Shown here one piece after another: positions 50,482-62,500 of a stretch of 64,000 nt of DNA. This DNA is from a virus (lineage: Duplodnaviria; Caudoviricetes). A model generated the notes under the pieces. That model worked only from the letters and a program-made list of their open reading frames with translations. It did not search any database and was not told the origin of the DNA. Position 1 is the first letter of the stretch. Each line of letters begins with the position of its first letter. The position numbers were made by a program, and so were the translations under genes. The DNA is taken from positions 10,772-74,771 of the IMG/VR virus record IMGVR_UViG_2882504083_000001; one strand, written 5' to 3'.

Positions 50482-50687
50482 GATTCGTGTTCACAATATT
50501 CCACCTGCAAGGAAGTGAGATACCTTGCAGGGCGGAGCCCAAAAAACCTTTCTATTATGTCTCTTTTTTTAAATTATGTCCCATAAAATCCTTGACATTT
50601 ATTTAGTACACGATTCTAGTCCAAACCAATCTTAGGAGACATAACTAAGAGCGGCTTATCTCACATTTGCCGAATTGAACACGAATC
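50482..50687 (+). other. Nested complementary segments in the rep leader (candidate structured RNA)
   Basis: Pairs 50482-93/50676-87, 50515-22/50657-64 and 50555-63/50636-44, plus local hairpin 50504-12/50523-31. Confidence 0.45.
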
Positions 50688-50778
50688 GTGGACCTATCGC
50701 CAAGGCTCTAAACCCTTATCATAGTTCCCCGTTTCAAAATAGAGTAGGGTAATACCTTTACCGTGCCACGCCCAAACT

Positions 50779-52155
50779 ATGTCTGGCACTGTAGAACGGA
50801 AAAAAAATATGGTCGAGGACGTCAAACGAGCGACTGTGATCTCTTATGCCATCGCGTCATTAGAGTTATCTGGGAAGAAAGAAAAACTCCTAACGGTAAT
50901 TACGAACTTAGATATACAAGCTCGTGCCGAAGGCCGGGCAGGATGCAACGCTAAAAATAAAACTCTTGGTAAAATGTGCGGTTTAGCGGAAACTTCAGTT
51001 TCTAAATATATCAGAGAGTTTCGAAGAGAGGGCTATCTTGAAGCTGGAACTTTCCACGGCCATAGTAGAATCTTGAATTCTAATTATCACGACGCCGTAA
51101 TCAAAGAAAGGATCGAATATAAACTCTCTTCTTCTAGGACAAATGGACTAGGCGGCACCGAAAATGAGTACGGAGCAGCCCCGTACGATGGTACGGGGTC
51201 TAGTTCTTCTAACACTTGTACTAACCAACCATCTAACAAAAAAGAGAATCTTTCACTTTTTAACGATTACTTTCAAAAACTTTCAGAGATGGCAAAGACT
51301 TTGATTTTGAAAGAGTATGGTGAATATACGGCGACCTTGGATAAAGAGAAAGCAAAAACAAAACTCTGGTTCAAAGAAAGTCAAGATTCGGATATTGTTT
51401 TGGACGTTATTCGTAAGCTCATATACATTAAGTGTTCACCGGAGTTTAAAACAGACTTACGATTTTGGGGAACCATTTCGGTGAACATCGCATGTGCGTA
51501 TAGTTACAAAGACACGATCCTAACTACTTACCAAACGCTCATGAATAGCAGAAGTGAAAATGCAACTGTGGAAGCAGCGTCGAAAGAAAAAACCTACCAA
51601 GAATCGACATGGCGAGGACTTAGCAATTGGGCTTCGGAAAAACTCACGATTTCATCGAGAGAAATTTTGAATTCAGTCACGGCAAAAATAGAAAACAATG
51701 AAGTTCAGGTTTATGGGAATGTTCCAGAATCAATCCGAATGATAATTACAAAATATTTTTTGGAAGAAACAAAAGAGAAAATGACAGTACGCTTTTTAGA
51801 TACTCCGGGATATAGAGAAAACAATAAGCCAGCTTTGAACTCAGAAAATAAAACCCCGGAAAATAAAAGCGGTGAGACTGTTAAGAATCGAAAAGATGTC
51901 CAAGAAACGATCAACTATCGAAAGGGTAGTTATGAAGATTTCTTAGGAATCACAAAGCGACGAGTTTCGAAGGTGGATTTTCAGATATTGAAAGAAGCGA
52001 AATACACAATGGAAAGAGGAGTATTAAAATTTCATACAGATATTCCAGAAAATCTGAAAATTCATATTCAACATTATTTCAAGGAGCTAGTTGAAATGCC
52101 CTATTATGTTTTGTTTGTTGATTCGGAACTAAAACAAGATAAGGAAGTTGCATAA
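50779..52155 (+). CDS. rep: Plasmid/phage-plasmid replication initiator (HTH Rep)
   Basis: HTH AKNKTLGKMCGLAETSVSKYIREFRREGYL; located after parA and its partner; duplicated C-terminal domain. Confidence 0.7.
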   Translation: MSGTVERKKNMVEDVKRATVISYAIASLELSGKKEKLLTVITNLDIQARAEGRAGCNAKNKTLGKMCGLAETSVSKYIREFRREGYLEAGTFHGHSRILNSNYHDAVIKERIEYKLSSSRTNGLGGTENEYGAAPYDGTGSSSSNTCTNQPSNKKENLSLFNDYFQKLSEMAKTLILKEYGEYTATLDKEKAKTKLWFKESQDSDIVLDVIRKLIYIKCSPEFKTDLRFWGTISVNIACAYSYKDTILTTYQTLMNSRSENATVEAASKEKTYQESTWRGLSNWASEKLTISSREILNSVTAKIENNEVQVYGNVPESIRMIITKYFLEETKEKMTVRFLDTPGYRENNKPALNSENKTPENKSGETVKNRKDVQETINYRKGSYEDFLGITKRRVSKVDFQILKEAKYTMERGVLKFHTDIPENLKIHIQHYFKELVEMPYYVLFVDSELKQDKEVA

Positions 52156-52321
52156 AGGAAAAGACATGAAATCGTATTTTATGATATTCTAATGGTCAGC
52201 GCAAGAGATGGGACGAATAGTTGTTGATAACATAATATCAATAACAGTATAGTTGAAGGTTTCCGTCCAATCCACAGGCTAAAGTTGACATATTCTAAAA
52301 TAGGATAAAAAGGGGTTTTTT

Positions 52322-52777
52322 ATGGAAATGGAATTTTTCGAAAGTGACGATTCTGTTCTTTTGAATGCTTTGAGTTCCATTGAGAAGTTGAAAAGTGAAA
52401 GTGATCTCGAATCTTTAAATGGTGAACAGCAAATTGTTTTACTTGTATGGAATCTTTACTATTCAGCTGTACGAGGGGAGCTAACTGGATACTTTCTTAG
52501 TTTAGATGAAATAAGTGTTCAGCAGACATTATTCTCATTAAAAAGAATCAAGGCAGGATCGATCGCAGAAACCTTTAACGAGGCATTGTTGCTGAGTCCC
52601 GAAATTCAATGTGAATCCGACAAGGGGATTGATTCATTATTAGGAGAAACAACAATCCAGTTTATTAGCTGCTTGGAGCTATTGGAGATGAGACTTGCGG
52701 AGTCGGATGCAAAAATATGCAATTTAATCTTAGAATTTATTTCCAATAATTCAGAATCCATTTATACTAAAAAATAA
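52322..52777 (+). CDS. DUF4375/DMP19-like acidic protein
   Basis: EQQIVLLVWNLYYSAVRGELTGYF...LKRIKAGSIAETFNEA; strongly acidic. Confidence 0.55.
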   Translation: MEMEFFESDDSVLLNALSSIEKLKSESDLESLNGEQQIVLLVWNLYYSAVRGELTGYFLSLDEISVQQTLFSLKRIKAGSIAETFNEALLLSPEIQCESDKGIDSLLGETTIQFISCLELLEMRLAESDAKICNLILEFISNNSESIYTKK

Positions 52778-52843
52778 ACAATTTAGTGATTTAGATAGGT
52801 GCTTGAATCGAATCAATAATTCGGCAGGTGGCAGTTATTTTTC

Positions 52844-53359
52844 ATGTTGAAAGAAAAGAAAAATTTCGAGCAAATAGCACAAATTACTTTGCCAAATTAT
52901 TTTAAAGAACTATCCGCTCGGTTAAAAAATCCGCTTCCTATGAAGCTTTTTTCAAAAGAAGGACTCGGGGAAACTGCGATTTTCAGTTCGATTACGAATC
53001 ACTTCGGATTAAAAAATTACGAAGATTTTCCTGGTTGTTATGTGTTCTCCGAAAGAGGAAATATCCAATACATCAGCGTAACAAAGAGCATTTCTACTCG
53101 GATCAGACAGCACTTAAAAGGCACGAACCATTCCCCGCTGGCATATCAAATCGCTAAAAATAAATTGGATATGGGCTTGAGCAGAAATCTGTGTATGCAA
53201 AATGACAGATTTCTTGAAGAACACAGGAGAGCGCAAGAGCTTATCTCTACCTGGGATTTAGCGGTAATTGAAATCGCCGATCCGATCGAGCGACGTCTTT
53301 TCGAAGTATATGCCGCTCTCAAATTGAATACAGTTTACGATTCATTTGAATCTGAATAA
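52844..53359 (+). CDS. GIY-YIG nuclease-like protein
   Basis: FPGCYVF...QYISVTKSISTRIRQH and R.LFEVYAALKLNT; the YIG glycine is replaced by Ser. Confidence 0.7.
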   Translation: MLKEKKNFEQIAQITLPNYFKELSARLKNPLPMKLFSKEGLGETAIFSSITNHFGLKNYEDFPGCYVFSERGNIQYISVTKSISTRIRQHLKGTNHSPLAYQIAKNKLDMGLSRNLCMQNDRFLEEHRRAQELISTWDLAVIEIADPIERRLFEVYAALKLNTVYDSFESE

Positions 53360-53366
53360 AATTAGG

Positions 53367-53978
53367 TCAAAATTTTCGTGATCTTATTTTGAAAAGTAAA
53401 TTTAAAAAAATACCAGCCACGACAAGAGAGTAAAATATTATTTCGTTTCTTTCTCTTTTGCCCTCGTCCGATTTCGACTCTTTCAGAGTATTTAAAATTT
53501 CATTTAATAATACTTCTATTTCTTTCAACTGATCCGCTTGACTACGATCAATCTGCGAATTCGTAGGGGTTCCACGAAATGCAGTCGGAAGAACAATTTT
53601 TTTCTTTTGTCCTTGGTAAGCGGCATCAAGTTCGGATTTGATCTCAGTATTTAATGACCAGTGTTTTTGAGCTTTTAGGAGATATTGAATGGCACGCGCG
53701 TGATTTTTTCGTCTGTTTTCTTCTTTTCCTAAACAAAGCCAAGACCGAGTTATCAAGAGTTCTGCGTTAGGATCAGATGGATTCTGTTCCAATAGAAGAG
53801 TTGAAAGCTTCTCGGCTTCGAGACATCGACCTTCGTCAATCAAACGATTCCCATCTTCATAGCTTCCTGAAAAGGATTGTTCCTCTGCGATAATGGGTAA
53901 GAAAATGAATACAAGTAAAAGAAAAGTTTTAGGAATCTTCATATTCTTACCTGTCGATGCGGATTGCCTTGTGAGCAT
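53367..53978 (-). CDS. Exported TPR-like protein with a C-terminal membrane anchor (likely start 53942)
   Basis: Signal peptide, TPR-like helices and a C-terminal hydrophobic segment. Confidence 0.7.
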   Translation of the reverse strand: MLTRQSASTGKNMKIPKTFLLLVFIFLPIIAEEQSFSGSYEDGNRLIDEGRCLEAEKLSTLLLEQNPSDPNAELLITRSWLCLGKEENRRKNHARAIQYLLKAQKHWSLNTEIKSELDAAYQGQKKKIVLPTAFRGTPTNSQIDRSQADQLKEIEVLLNEILNTLKESKSDEGKRERNEIIFYSLVVAGIFLNLLFKIRSRKF

Positions 53979-55311
53979 ATCGCGCTCGGGGCATTTTTTG
54001 AGAATCGAGCGTCCAAGTGCTTGCGATGGGATTTTGAAGTCCGATGGAATAAACGGAATCCGTCGGAATGTTCAGAGCGGTCGCTCCACCGAAAACAAAG
54101 AGCTTTCTCGTTTCGTACGATGCTTGTGTTCCTGGAAAATATACGGAAACGGGAAGGATTGGTCCTATCGTAAACGCTCCGGAGCCGATTTGAGAAAAGT
54201 CGGTTCTGTTTGAGGTAGTAATCGATCCAACTGGTTGAAGCGTGCTTGTTCCTGTAGAACCACCGATAACTGCAAACCACTCTGGATCAGTAGGGTAGGG
54301 GTCAGAGTTTAACGGTTTTACACAAGCAGCACCCGCTCCATGTCTTGCTAAATTGATCGAAGGTTCTCCCGCACTTGTTATGGAATTCACAGAAGGAACA
54401 TAGCTGTCCGACGTTGCTTGCGAAGAACCGTCGTTTGTAAATCTTCCCCCCGTAAAAAGAATCGAACCATTGAGTCCACAACCGGACATATCCACTCTGG
54501 AAAAGATTGCGGTAAGAGAAGTATAACTTTGCCAAATGCCGACAGGTCCAATACCGGGATAAAAACGAGAAACCGTATTCAGAATTGTTCCCGTTGTCAT
54601 GTCGGTAGTCGTCGTTCCTGCAATGATAAAAATTTCTTCACCGACGCTTGCGATAACCCCTCCTTGGTTTGCGGTTGGTAAGTCGGCAAGAGTCTTCCAC
54701 TGATCTGTATACGGATCATAGACTTCCGTTTTTTTAGAAGCAACATATACACCGGCCTGTTTTTCAAGTCCGCCGATGACATAAATTTTATCTTTGTGGG
54801 AAACAATGTTCGCGAAAGCGCGAGGGGTGGGGATCGAAGTTACAGCCGGATACCATGTAGAGGTAACTGGATCAAAAAAATCAATTTGAGAAACTGGATT
54901 TGCGTCCGCACCGATTCCGCCGACAATCCAAAGTCCGCGAGTTCGATTCGGGAAATCGCTTACCCAAGTTTTAAATGCAATTGGTGCGCCTTGGAGATTT
55001 TCGAGGTCCGACGAACAAAAAACATAAGCTAAATAATCGGTGTTTGATTCAAGGTTTTGAAGGACCATAGAATGAAATTTTGCATTTTCGAGACTTGTGG
55101 TCGCCGACTCGATCCCACCTTTCCCATATACAACGGATCCGGGCAAAGAAGCGGAACACTCCCAGGAAAGAGTAGCGGAGCGAGGTCCAAGCTGAGAGAC
55201 AACTGCGAACGTAACTTTGGCCGTTTCCGCGTCATGAATCGATGAAAGCGGAGAGTTCTGACAAGAGATGAAAAGTGAAAAGGAAAATACGAAAACAAGA
55301 ATGCGAATCAT
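53947..55311 (-). CDS. Kelch-repeat lipoprotein with an N-terminal FN3-like domain
   Basis: Lipobox FISC; repeated GG-containing Kelch motifs (LWIVGG, IYVIGG, ILFTGG, LFVFGG). The ATG at 55311 overlaps the upstream TGA. Confidence 0.85.
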   Translation of the reverse strand: MIRILVFVFSFSLFISCQNSPLSSIHDAETAKVTFAVVSQLGPRSATLSWECSASLPGSVVYGKGGIESATTSLENAKFHSMVLQNLESNTDYLAYVFCSSDLENLQGAPIAFKTWVSDFPNRTRGLWIVGGIGADANPVSQIDFFDPVTSTWYPAVTSIPTPRAFANIVSHKDKIYVIGGLEKQAGVYVASKKTEVYDPYTDQWKTLADLPTANQGGVIASVGEEIFIIAGTTTTDMTTGTILNTVSRFYPGIGPVGIWQSYTSLTAIFSRVDMSGCGLNGSILFTGGRFTNDGSSQATSDSYVPSVNSITSAGEPSINLARHGAGAACVKPLNSDPYPTDPEWFAVIGGSTGTSTLQPVGSITTSNRTDFSQIGSGAFTIGPILPVSVYFPGTQASYETRKLFVFGGATALNIPTDSVYSIGLQNPIASTWTLDSQKMPRARYAHKAIRIDR

Positions 55312-56210
55312 AATAACAACCCCCAGGAGATTCGAAGACCGGAGCGACAAAGCGAGTCACTTGCTTCAAAGGTGCATTGAGAACGAAGTCCAAGGCGAAG
55401 TCTTGAGCCGTTACTGAATTCCCAAGCCCAGCCAAATTCCCCTAAAACCTCGGGGTCGATCCCATTCTGTGATTTCGAGTTATGCGTCCATTGAACCCCG
55501 GTGATACCTCCTCCAAATAGAAAATACGGCGAGGATGATCCCCACTGTTTGCCTAAGTATCCCGATTGATTCCAGAGTGTTATGGAGCCTTGTGCAGACG
55601 GGGCTAAAGAAAGTTCAGAAAGAAAACCATAAAACCAAAGTGGTTTATTAACGAATCCCTTTTCGATAAAAAATCCTAACCCTGCGGTTCCCGGATTCGT
55701 TCGATTCCATTGGCCGAGGTTTCCCTGAATGAGAAAACTCCCACCGACATAGAGTTGATTTTCGCCGGAACGGCCTGATAGATATTTTTCCGGAAGTTCC
55801 GGAGCTTCAGATTCGTTTTCTTTTGTGGATAGGTTTTGAATTTTTGATTTTTCGATCTCAACGAAACCAAGATCGGTTCGGAAAATATAGCGGTCTTTTT
55901 TGCGTTCAACGATGATTCCTCGAATTGAGGAGCCGTCAGTTAGTTGAAATTCGGAGTACAGATAAGAGCTTTCTGGTCCCTTTTTTTGATAATCGATCCT
56001 CTGGACTTCATGCTTCGGAATTCTGTATTGTCTACCTTTCCAGCGAACGTTTACCACATCCGCATTTTCGTTTATCTCTTCGATAAGGAACGCCTCTCCT
56101 GTTTTAAGTAGCAATTCCGATGCAAAAAGCGAATAGGGGAGTATCAAAGCACATGCAAGAAAAATAATATAAGAAACTTTCACCTTTAAATCCCGTAAAT
56201 ACTTAAACAA
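55308..56210 (-). CDS. Leptospira LA_3334-like outer-membrane protein
   Basis: Signal peptide, two small Sm-like domains (ELLLKTGE, FQLTDGSSIRG) and a beta-barrel C-terminus ending ISWGLLL. Confidence 0.6.
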   Translation of the reverse strand: MFKYLRDLKVKVSYIIFLACALILPYSLFASELLLKTGEAFLIEEINENADVVNVRWKGRQYRIPKHEVQRIDYQKKGPESSYLYSEFQLTDGSSIRGIIVERKKDRYIFRTDLGFVEIEKSKIQNLSTKENESEAPELPEKYLSGRSGENQLYVGGSFLIQGNLGQWNRTNPGTAGLGFFIEKGFVNKPLWFYGFLSELSLAPSAQGSITLWNQSGYLGKQWGSSSPYFLFGGGITGVQWTHNSKSQNGIDPEVLGEFGWAWEFSNGSRLRLGLRSQCTFEASDSLCRSGLRISWGLLL

Positions 56211-56504
56211 GGAATTAAATTTGTGTCTTATTTGTAAATTGTTTAATGCGAATGTTTCAAAGGAAGTAAAGAATACGAAATATCAAGTTATAATGTATCT
56301 TTCAAATTGCGGTTTATACCTAAATAATACTTTATTGAAAATTATAATTCATAACTTCACTCAATCTTCGAAAATTCAAAAAATAATACCAAACTTACGA
56401 CACCTTTTGTAATGGTGTCAAAATAGCCGCAAAATAATGTAGCCTAAGAGACATAGAGGCTTGTTGCAGTTTGCGATTATGAAAACGAAATTTCGGGGTT
56501 AGGG

Positions 56505-59500
56505 ATGAAATCGAGAATTGCAAAAGTTATCTATCTTGTTGTTTCCATTCTATTTGTATTAAATTTTTCCTTTGTAGATGGTGTTCGAAATTTCTTTAGC
56601 GCGGTCGCTTCGGCTTTTTCATCCGGAATTCCACAGGCTCTCACTGTGATCCATGCAGGTTCGGATGGTTCTGCAAGTACTCAATACGAAATTGAGCTCC
56701 CAAAAGGTACAAAAGACGTAATTCCTAAGTTGTCGCTTTCCTACAATTCCAATGGTAGAAACGGGATTGTAGGTATGGGCTGGGATTTAAACGGAATTCA
56801 TTCCATTTCTCGAAATCCTTCTTACGGAATTTCCTATAACGGTACGGATCAGTATATCTCTTCCCTTGCCGGTGAATTGATCGATGTAAGCGGAAATAAA
56901 ACGAAGTATCACAGCCGAAAAGAGTCTTGGATCTTATTTTCACCGCAGGGAACTTGCGGAGACGCTCCCTGTTCATGGATTGCAACGGATAAGTCCGGTA
57001 GAAGATTTTTTTTCGGAGGAAGTTTAGATTCCAGAATTCCAGCGTTAGGAAGAACAGCGGGGTCGATTCGTGAATGGACTTTGAGTCGCGAAGAGGACGT
57101 CCACGGAAACGGTTATAACATTCAATATTCTTCCATAGACGTTACCAACGGCGATTATTATCCAGATACGATTACATACAATGATCGAATTATCCGGTTT
57201 GTTTACGAAAACCGAAACGACAAAACTTCGAATTACATTTTAGGAACTTTGGAGCGGATCCAAAAGAGACTCGATAAAATCGAAATCTTAGTTGCGGGTA
57301 GCATATTTAGAACGTATGATCTCGATTATTCTTACGGTCCGGTAACGGGTCGAACTGTACTTCGGACGATTAAGCGATCGGGCAGTAATACGTTCGGTTC
57401 TGAAAATTTTGACGACTTGAATTTCACATATACGAATCAATCGGGTAGTTTCTCGATCGGAAGTCTCGATTATCAAGTGTTTACGGACACGACAACGATG
57501 AACGTTTTCATTCCGAACATTGCTGTTGATTTCTTAAACGTTTTTTTTAATAGTAGTCTTCCTTACCACCCTTCCGCACTGGATACAAATATCGATGCGT
57601 CTCTCCAATACGTTGTTAAAGTTCCCGTTCCGGATCGAAACGCATGTAACCTAGGTGCCGCATCCTGTCTTTGCGCTTTGTTGGTTCCATGTTGGGGAGG
57701 AAATCAAGGTTTCTTTGAATATTTAGCCGGGAACTGTGCGGGCTTTTTGGGTTGGGGCGGGCCGGATGCTTGTGTGAACGGTGTGAATTCCGCTTTAACG
57801 GCTTGGTTGCCTATGGATCTGAACGGTGACGGCATATCGGATTTCGTCGCGATCAACGGTACCGAAGAGAACGGATCGATTCATTTAACCGGGCATATTC
57901 AACGGATCGGACAAGGTCCAATTACATTTACTAGTTGGAATATTCCAATTCATTATAATACCTATTTTCAACCCGTCGATTTAAACGGGGACGGTAAAAC
58001 GGATTTCGCATACGAGGATGGAGGAAGACTTTGGGGGATCTACTCAAACGGAACCAGTTTTAGCGCACCTGTCCTTTTTGGGAACGTTAGTTTGGCCGGA
58101 GCTAACCGCAATATGAGCGTTTTTAGTCCGTACGAATATCGATTCCATTACGGTCCGAATAGTACGTCTCCTCAAGCGAGCAATCGTCCGGCTGCGGATT
58201 TTTTTGCGGATATGAATGGCGACGAATTGACCGACTTTGTTCATGCGAATGGAAGTAGTTTTTCCATTTATATCAACCGGGAGACGTACTTTGATAATCC
58301 GATCGTTATTGCAGGGGGTAACGATTTCTTTCTAAATGCCATGGTCGATATGACGGGCGATGGGAAGGCGGATTATCTTCAGCTTATCCAGACTTATGAT
58401 AATCCAACATTGAGCGCTTTGCAGGCTCAAAAAGCCGCGTTGGATACTTTGATGGCGCAGTATCAAGCGGACCACACAAGAGCGAAAGCGGTTGCCGATT
58501 CTTTTCCCGTTTCGACGACCGGGAATGTAATCGTTGAAGCGGAATTTCAAAATTTCATCGCTTATTTGGATACAAATGGAAATAGCCTTCTTGCGGATTA
58601 TTACGAACTGAACGGCAGTGCGTACGATTACGATAGCACCGACCTTACAAATCTTCAAACCGTGCTGGAAAATATCGTAAGCGCGAAAATGAACTTCGTA
58701 GGCGAACAGAGTTATTCGATTAACTCTCAAATCGGAGCGATTTACGCGCAAGGCACAGTGGGACTGGCGACGTACGCTCTTCAAATCAGAAGTTTTAATT
58801 TGAGTAACGGCACTTCTCAAGTTAGAACGTATTCTATGTCCAATTCGATCGATCCGGAAAGAAGCACGCTTGCGGATGTGAACGGGGACGGAGTGCTTGA
58901 TTTTGTTTCGTTTCCGGGAACTCAATGTGTCGTATCGATTTTTATGGGGAATGGTTTTTCCAGTCCGATCGCAACGAACCTAAATGCGGGGACAGGTAAG
59001 AACTTAGTTCAGTTTAATTTCGGAGAAGTGAACGGCGACGGGTTGTCCGATTTGGTGCTTTTTAACCGCGAATCACAGAGATTTGAAACCTATCTTTCCA
59101 ACGGTAACGGTAATTTTACGTTGAACGGCAGTTATTCGTTCGGCGGTTTTTCTCCCCAAGAATATACGGATGCTAACGGTATCGAGAGAGCCGATCAATA
59201 TCAAATTTCTTTACAAGACATGAACTTGGACGGGATTTCCGATCTAAGTCTCGTTTTCTTGAACGTAGGAAAGACGATGGGAAAGGTTTATTATCGATAC
59301 AGTTCCCCGAGAAGCACCGGAGAGGATTTACTCCAAGTCGCATCCAATGCTTCCGGAAATCAAAGTTCGAGAGTGCAATACGCGCTGACAAATCAGCATC
59401 CGGGAGCGACACAACCGGGAACCGGTAATTATCCAAACGTGCCAAACGTTTCTCCCGGTTTTTTGGTCGTTCAATCGGAAATAGATATGTCTACGGGTGT

Positions 59501-62500
59501 TACTCATCGAAAAAATTATTCTTATTCGAATTTGAGATACAATCAAGGTACAAGGGGAGTCGCGAGAAGTCTCGGCTTTGCTTCGATCCGGGAAACGGAC
59601 GTAAACACGGGATTTTACAAGATCACGGATTACTTTCAAAACGATTATCGGCTGTCCGGTTCTCCTCAATCCGAACGGAGTTACAACGCATCCAATAACT
59701 TGCTGCGATCAACTGTTTATTCGGCTCATTCGTTTCCGAATTCGTTCGGAACGGAGATTGCGGTTCCCGGTTCTATTGTTTCCAATCTATATCAAAATGG
59801 AAATCTGCTGACCACATCCGTTAAGTCCGTCTCTTATGATTCCTACGGTTTTGCAACGAGCGATTCGGAATCGATCGGGTCCCATTCTATCACCAATACG
59901 ACTCAGTATTCTCATGATACGACTGCGTGGAGAATCGGAAGGGTCGTTCGATCCAGAAAGAATGTGGACGGAACCTGGACAGAGGATTCTCAATTTCAAT
60001 ACACGGGTGATAATCTCACTTCTAAAACTCAATTTCCCGCGAGTGCTTATCCTTTGACGACTTCGTTCGGTTATGATTCGTATGGGAACGTGATTTCCGT
60101 GAACGATCCATCCAGCGGCTCGAATACGATCGCATACGATTCTTTACTGAATCATTTTCCGGTTACAAAAACAAACGGACTCGGGCATGTTACGACTGCG
60201 ACTTACGATTCTACAACCGGCCTTGAACTTTCGATCAGTGATCCGAACGGCTCCGTTACGACGACGAATTACGACGCCTACGGAAGAAAGTTGAACGTGA
60301 TTTATCCGGGAGAAACAAGTCCCAATGAAACATATACGTATGAGAATACGGGAAACTACGACTTGAACAACTTAACGAATAACGAATCGGTTACGAAAAG
60401 CATTCGGGACAGCGTAAGCGGAAGCGTTAACGTTTCTAAAATTTTCCGCGACGCTTTCGGCAATACGATTCGAACGGAAAATAATACCGCCGTTGCCGGC
60501 GTGAATACGATCGAAGAGTTTCAATTCGATTATGCGATCGGTAAATTGATCCGTAAATCGCAACCTTATTTGAGCGTTCAAACTCCTCAATACGTTTCGT
60601 TTCAATACAACGATCCGGATGGAGGTTTGTCGTCGATTGTCGAGCCTTCTTCGACTGGAACGATTTTGACAACAGTTTCCAAAACAGGATATACGGAAAC
60701 GAAATCGAAAACCTATCCGGACGGACAAACGGAAGTTCGAAGCGAGACGATCAACGAACTCGGTCAAACCATAAGCCGAACGGAAAACGGTAGAACGATT
60801 TCCTACGTTTACTCTCCGTTTGGCGAGATTCGTTCGGTTACGGACGTATCCGGCGTTACTACAAATATCACGTATGACAGCATTGGGAGAAGGATTTCCA
60901 CCCAAGATCCGAACTCGGGGACGATTTCGTTCAGCTACGATTCGCAAGGTAGAATTGCGAGTCAGACAGATGCAAGAGGAAAGAGCGTTCAATTTACCTA
61001 TGATTCCTTGGGAAGAATTCTTACCCAGAATACGAACGGCGGCGAAACATCGATTGGGTATTCATACGACGACCCGAGTGTACCTTTTTCAAGAGGAAGG
61101 TTGACGAAGGTTGTGGATGGAAGCGGTCAGACAGAGTTTCGGTATAATCAAAGAGGGGAAACGATCCAAAAGACGAAGATCGTGGATGATATAACGGCGA
61201 TCTTCAAAACGGACTATGATTCTTTAGGAAGAGTGGTTACGAACACGTATCCGGACGGAACCAAACTTCATACAATCTATTCCCCGACAGGAAGTATTTC
61301 AGGGATCACGATGGATTCAGCGGATGGGACAAGCGTAGGACATACGGTCGTACGATACGAAGGGCCGGCATTGAACGGCAACGGAGAACCGATCGTAAGA
61401 AGAGTGACTGGAAACGGAGTGACCATGGAGATCGCGTTCGAACCTACGGACCAAAAACCGCTCGCATTAACGACGCGTAAACCGGACGGCAGCGTAATCG
61501 GAAACGTAGAATATACGTATGACGGGAAGGGACAACTCACGCGGATCGAAGATCGATTGAATCCGACAAGAAGTCAAAATTTTACCTTGGACAATTTAGG
61601 CAGAGTGACCCAAGCGACGGGGAAATACGGAACGCAAAGCTATTCGTATTCTGCAAACGGAAACTTGATGCAAAAAGGCGCATATACCTTGAGCTACGGT
61701 GATCCACAACACGCGAATGCGGTGACTCAAGCAACTAGCGCGAACACCGGAGCGATGAGTTACGGATACGATGCAAGCGGAAATATGACCAACCGCAACG
61801 GAGACGTGTTACGCTACGATAGCTACGGAAAACTGACTGAGATTACACCGAACGGAACGACGGAAACGATCCGTTACACCTACGACTATACCGGGAGCAG
61901 AATCAAATCGATTACGAACAATACGCTGACGACGAGTTACTTTTTCGGAAGCGATTACGAGATCGTGAGGGTATCGGGAACGCCTGAGAAACATACGCTG
62001 TATGTGAAAGGAATCGAAGGGGAAACGGTAGCTCAGTTGACGAGGGAAGATGCGACGTTGCAACTAAGTAACGGTGCGAGTGGGGTAGGTGGTTCGGAAG
62101 AATCAACGATTTCTGTTTTTGTGGGAATTCTAACAAATCCATTTTGCAAGGACGTTGCGATCGATTGTGGGAACTATTACAAGAATCGAATTCAGGGAAA
62201 ACTTGTTTCGGTTTTCGGATATTCCTCGTTTTTTCAAGGAGGAGTTCCCACGCATCTATTCAACGCATTCTACTTCTTGATTCTTTTAGGAATTCTCTAT
62301 TTCTCCTATCCGTTTTTCCTGAAAGGGAATGCACTTTTACAAAACCTCTCCTGGAGAGGAGTCGGAACCCCAGCGGTTATTGTTGCGTTATTTGTGATGA
62401 CTTCTCTTCCCGGATGTGGAATCTTACCCGGAACCGGAGGCAAACAAGGTGATCCTCCTTGGTTATTAGCGATGGGATCAAATTTAGCATCAGGAGTTCC

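Larger units (their letters stand above)
9770..52155. mobile_element. Myovirus-type prophage or phage-plasmid (approximate boundaries)
   Basis: Contains terminase, capsid, sheath, tube, tape-measure and baseplate genes plus ParA and Rep. No att sites were identified. Confidence 0.85.

Noticed and set aside
6581-50580. Recurrent ATTATGTC/GACATAAT 8-mer in intergenic regions (6581, 7426, 7441, 48881, 50554, 50573)
   Set aside because: A rough estimate for an AT-rich 8-mer gives a few copies by chance in 64 kb, and the spacing is inconsistent. It needs a proper enrichment test.
58332-60992. Long minus-strand ORFs (197 and 206 aa) within the RHS gene
   Set aside because: Antisense openness is explained by codon bias; Arg-rich, with no recognisable motifs.
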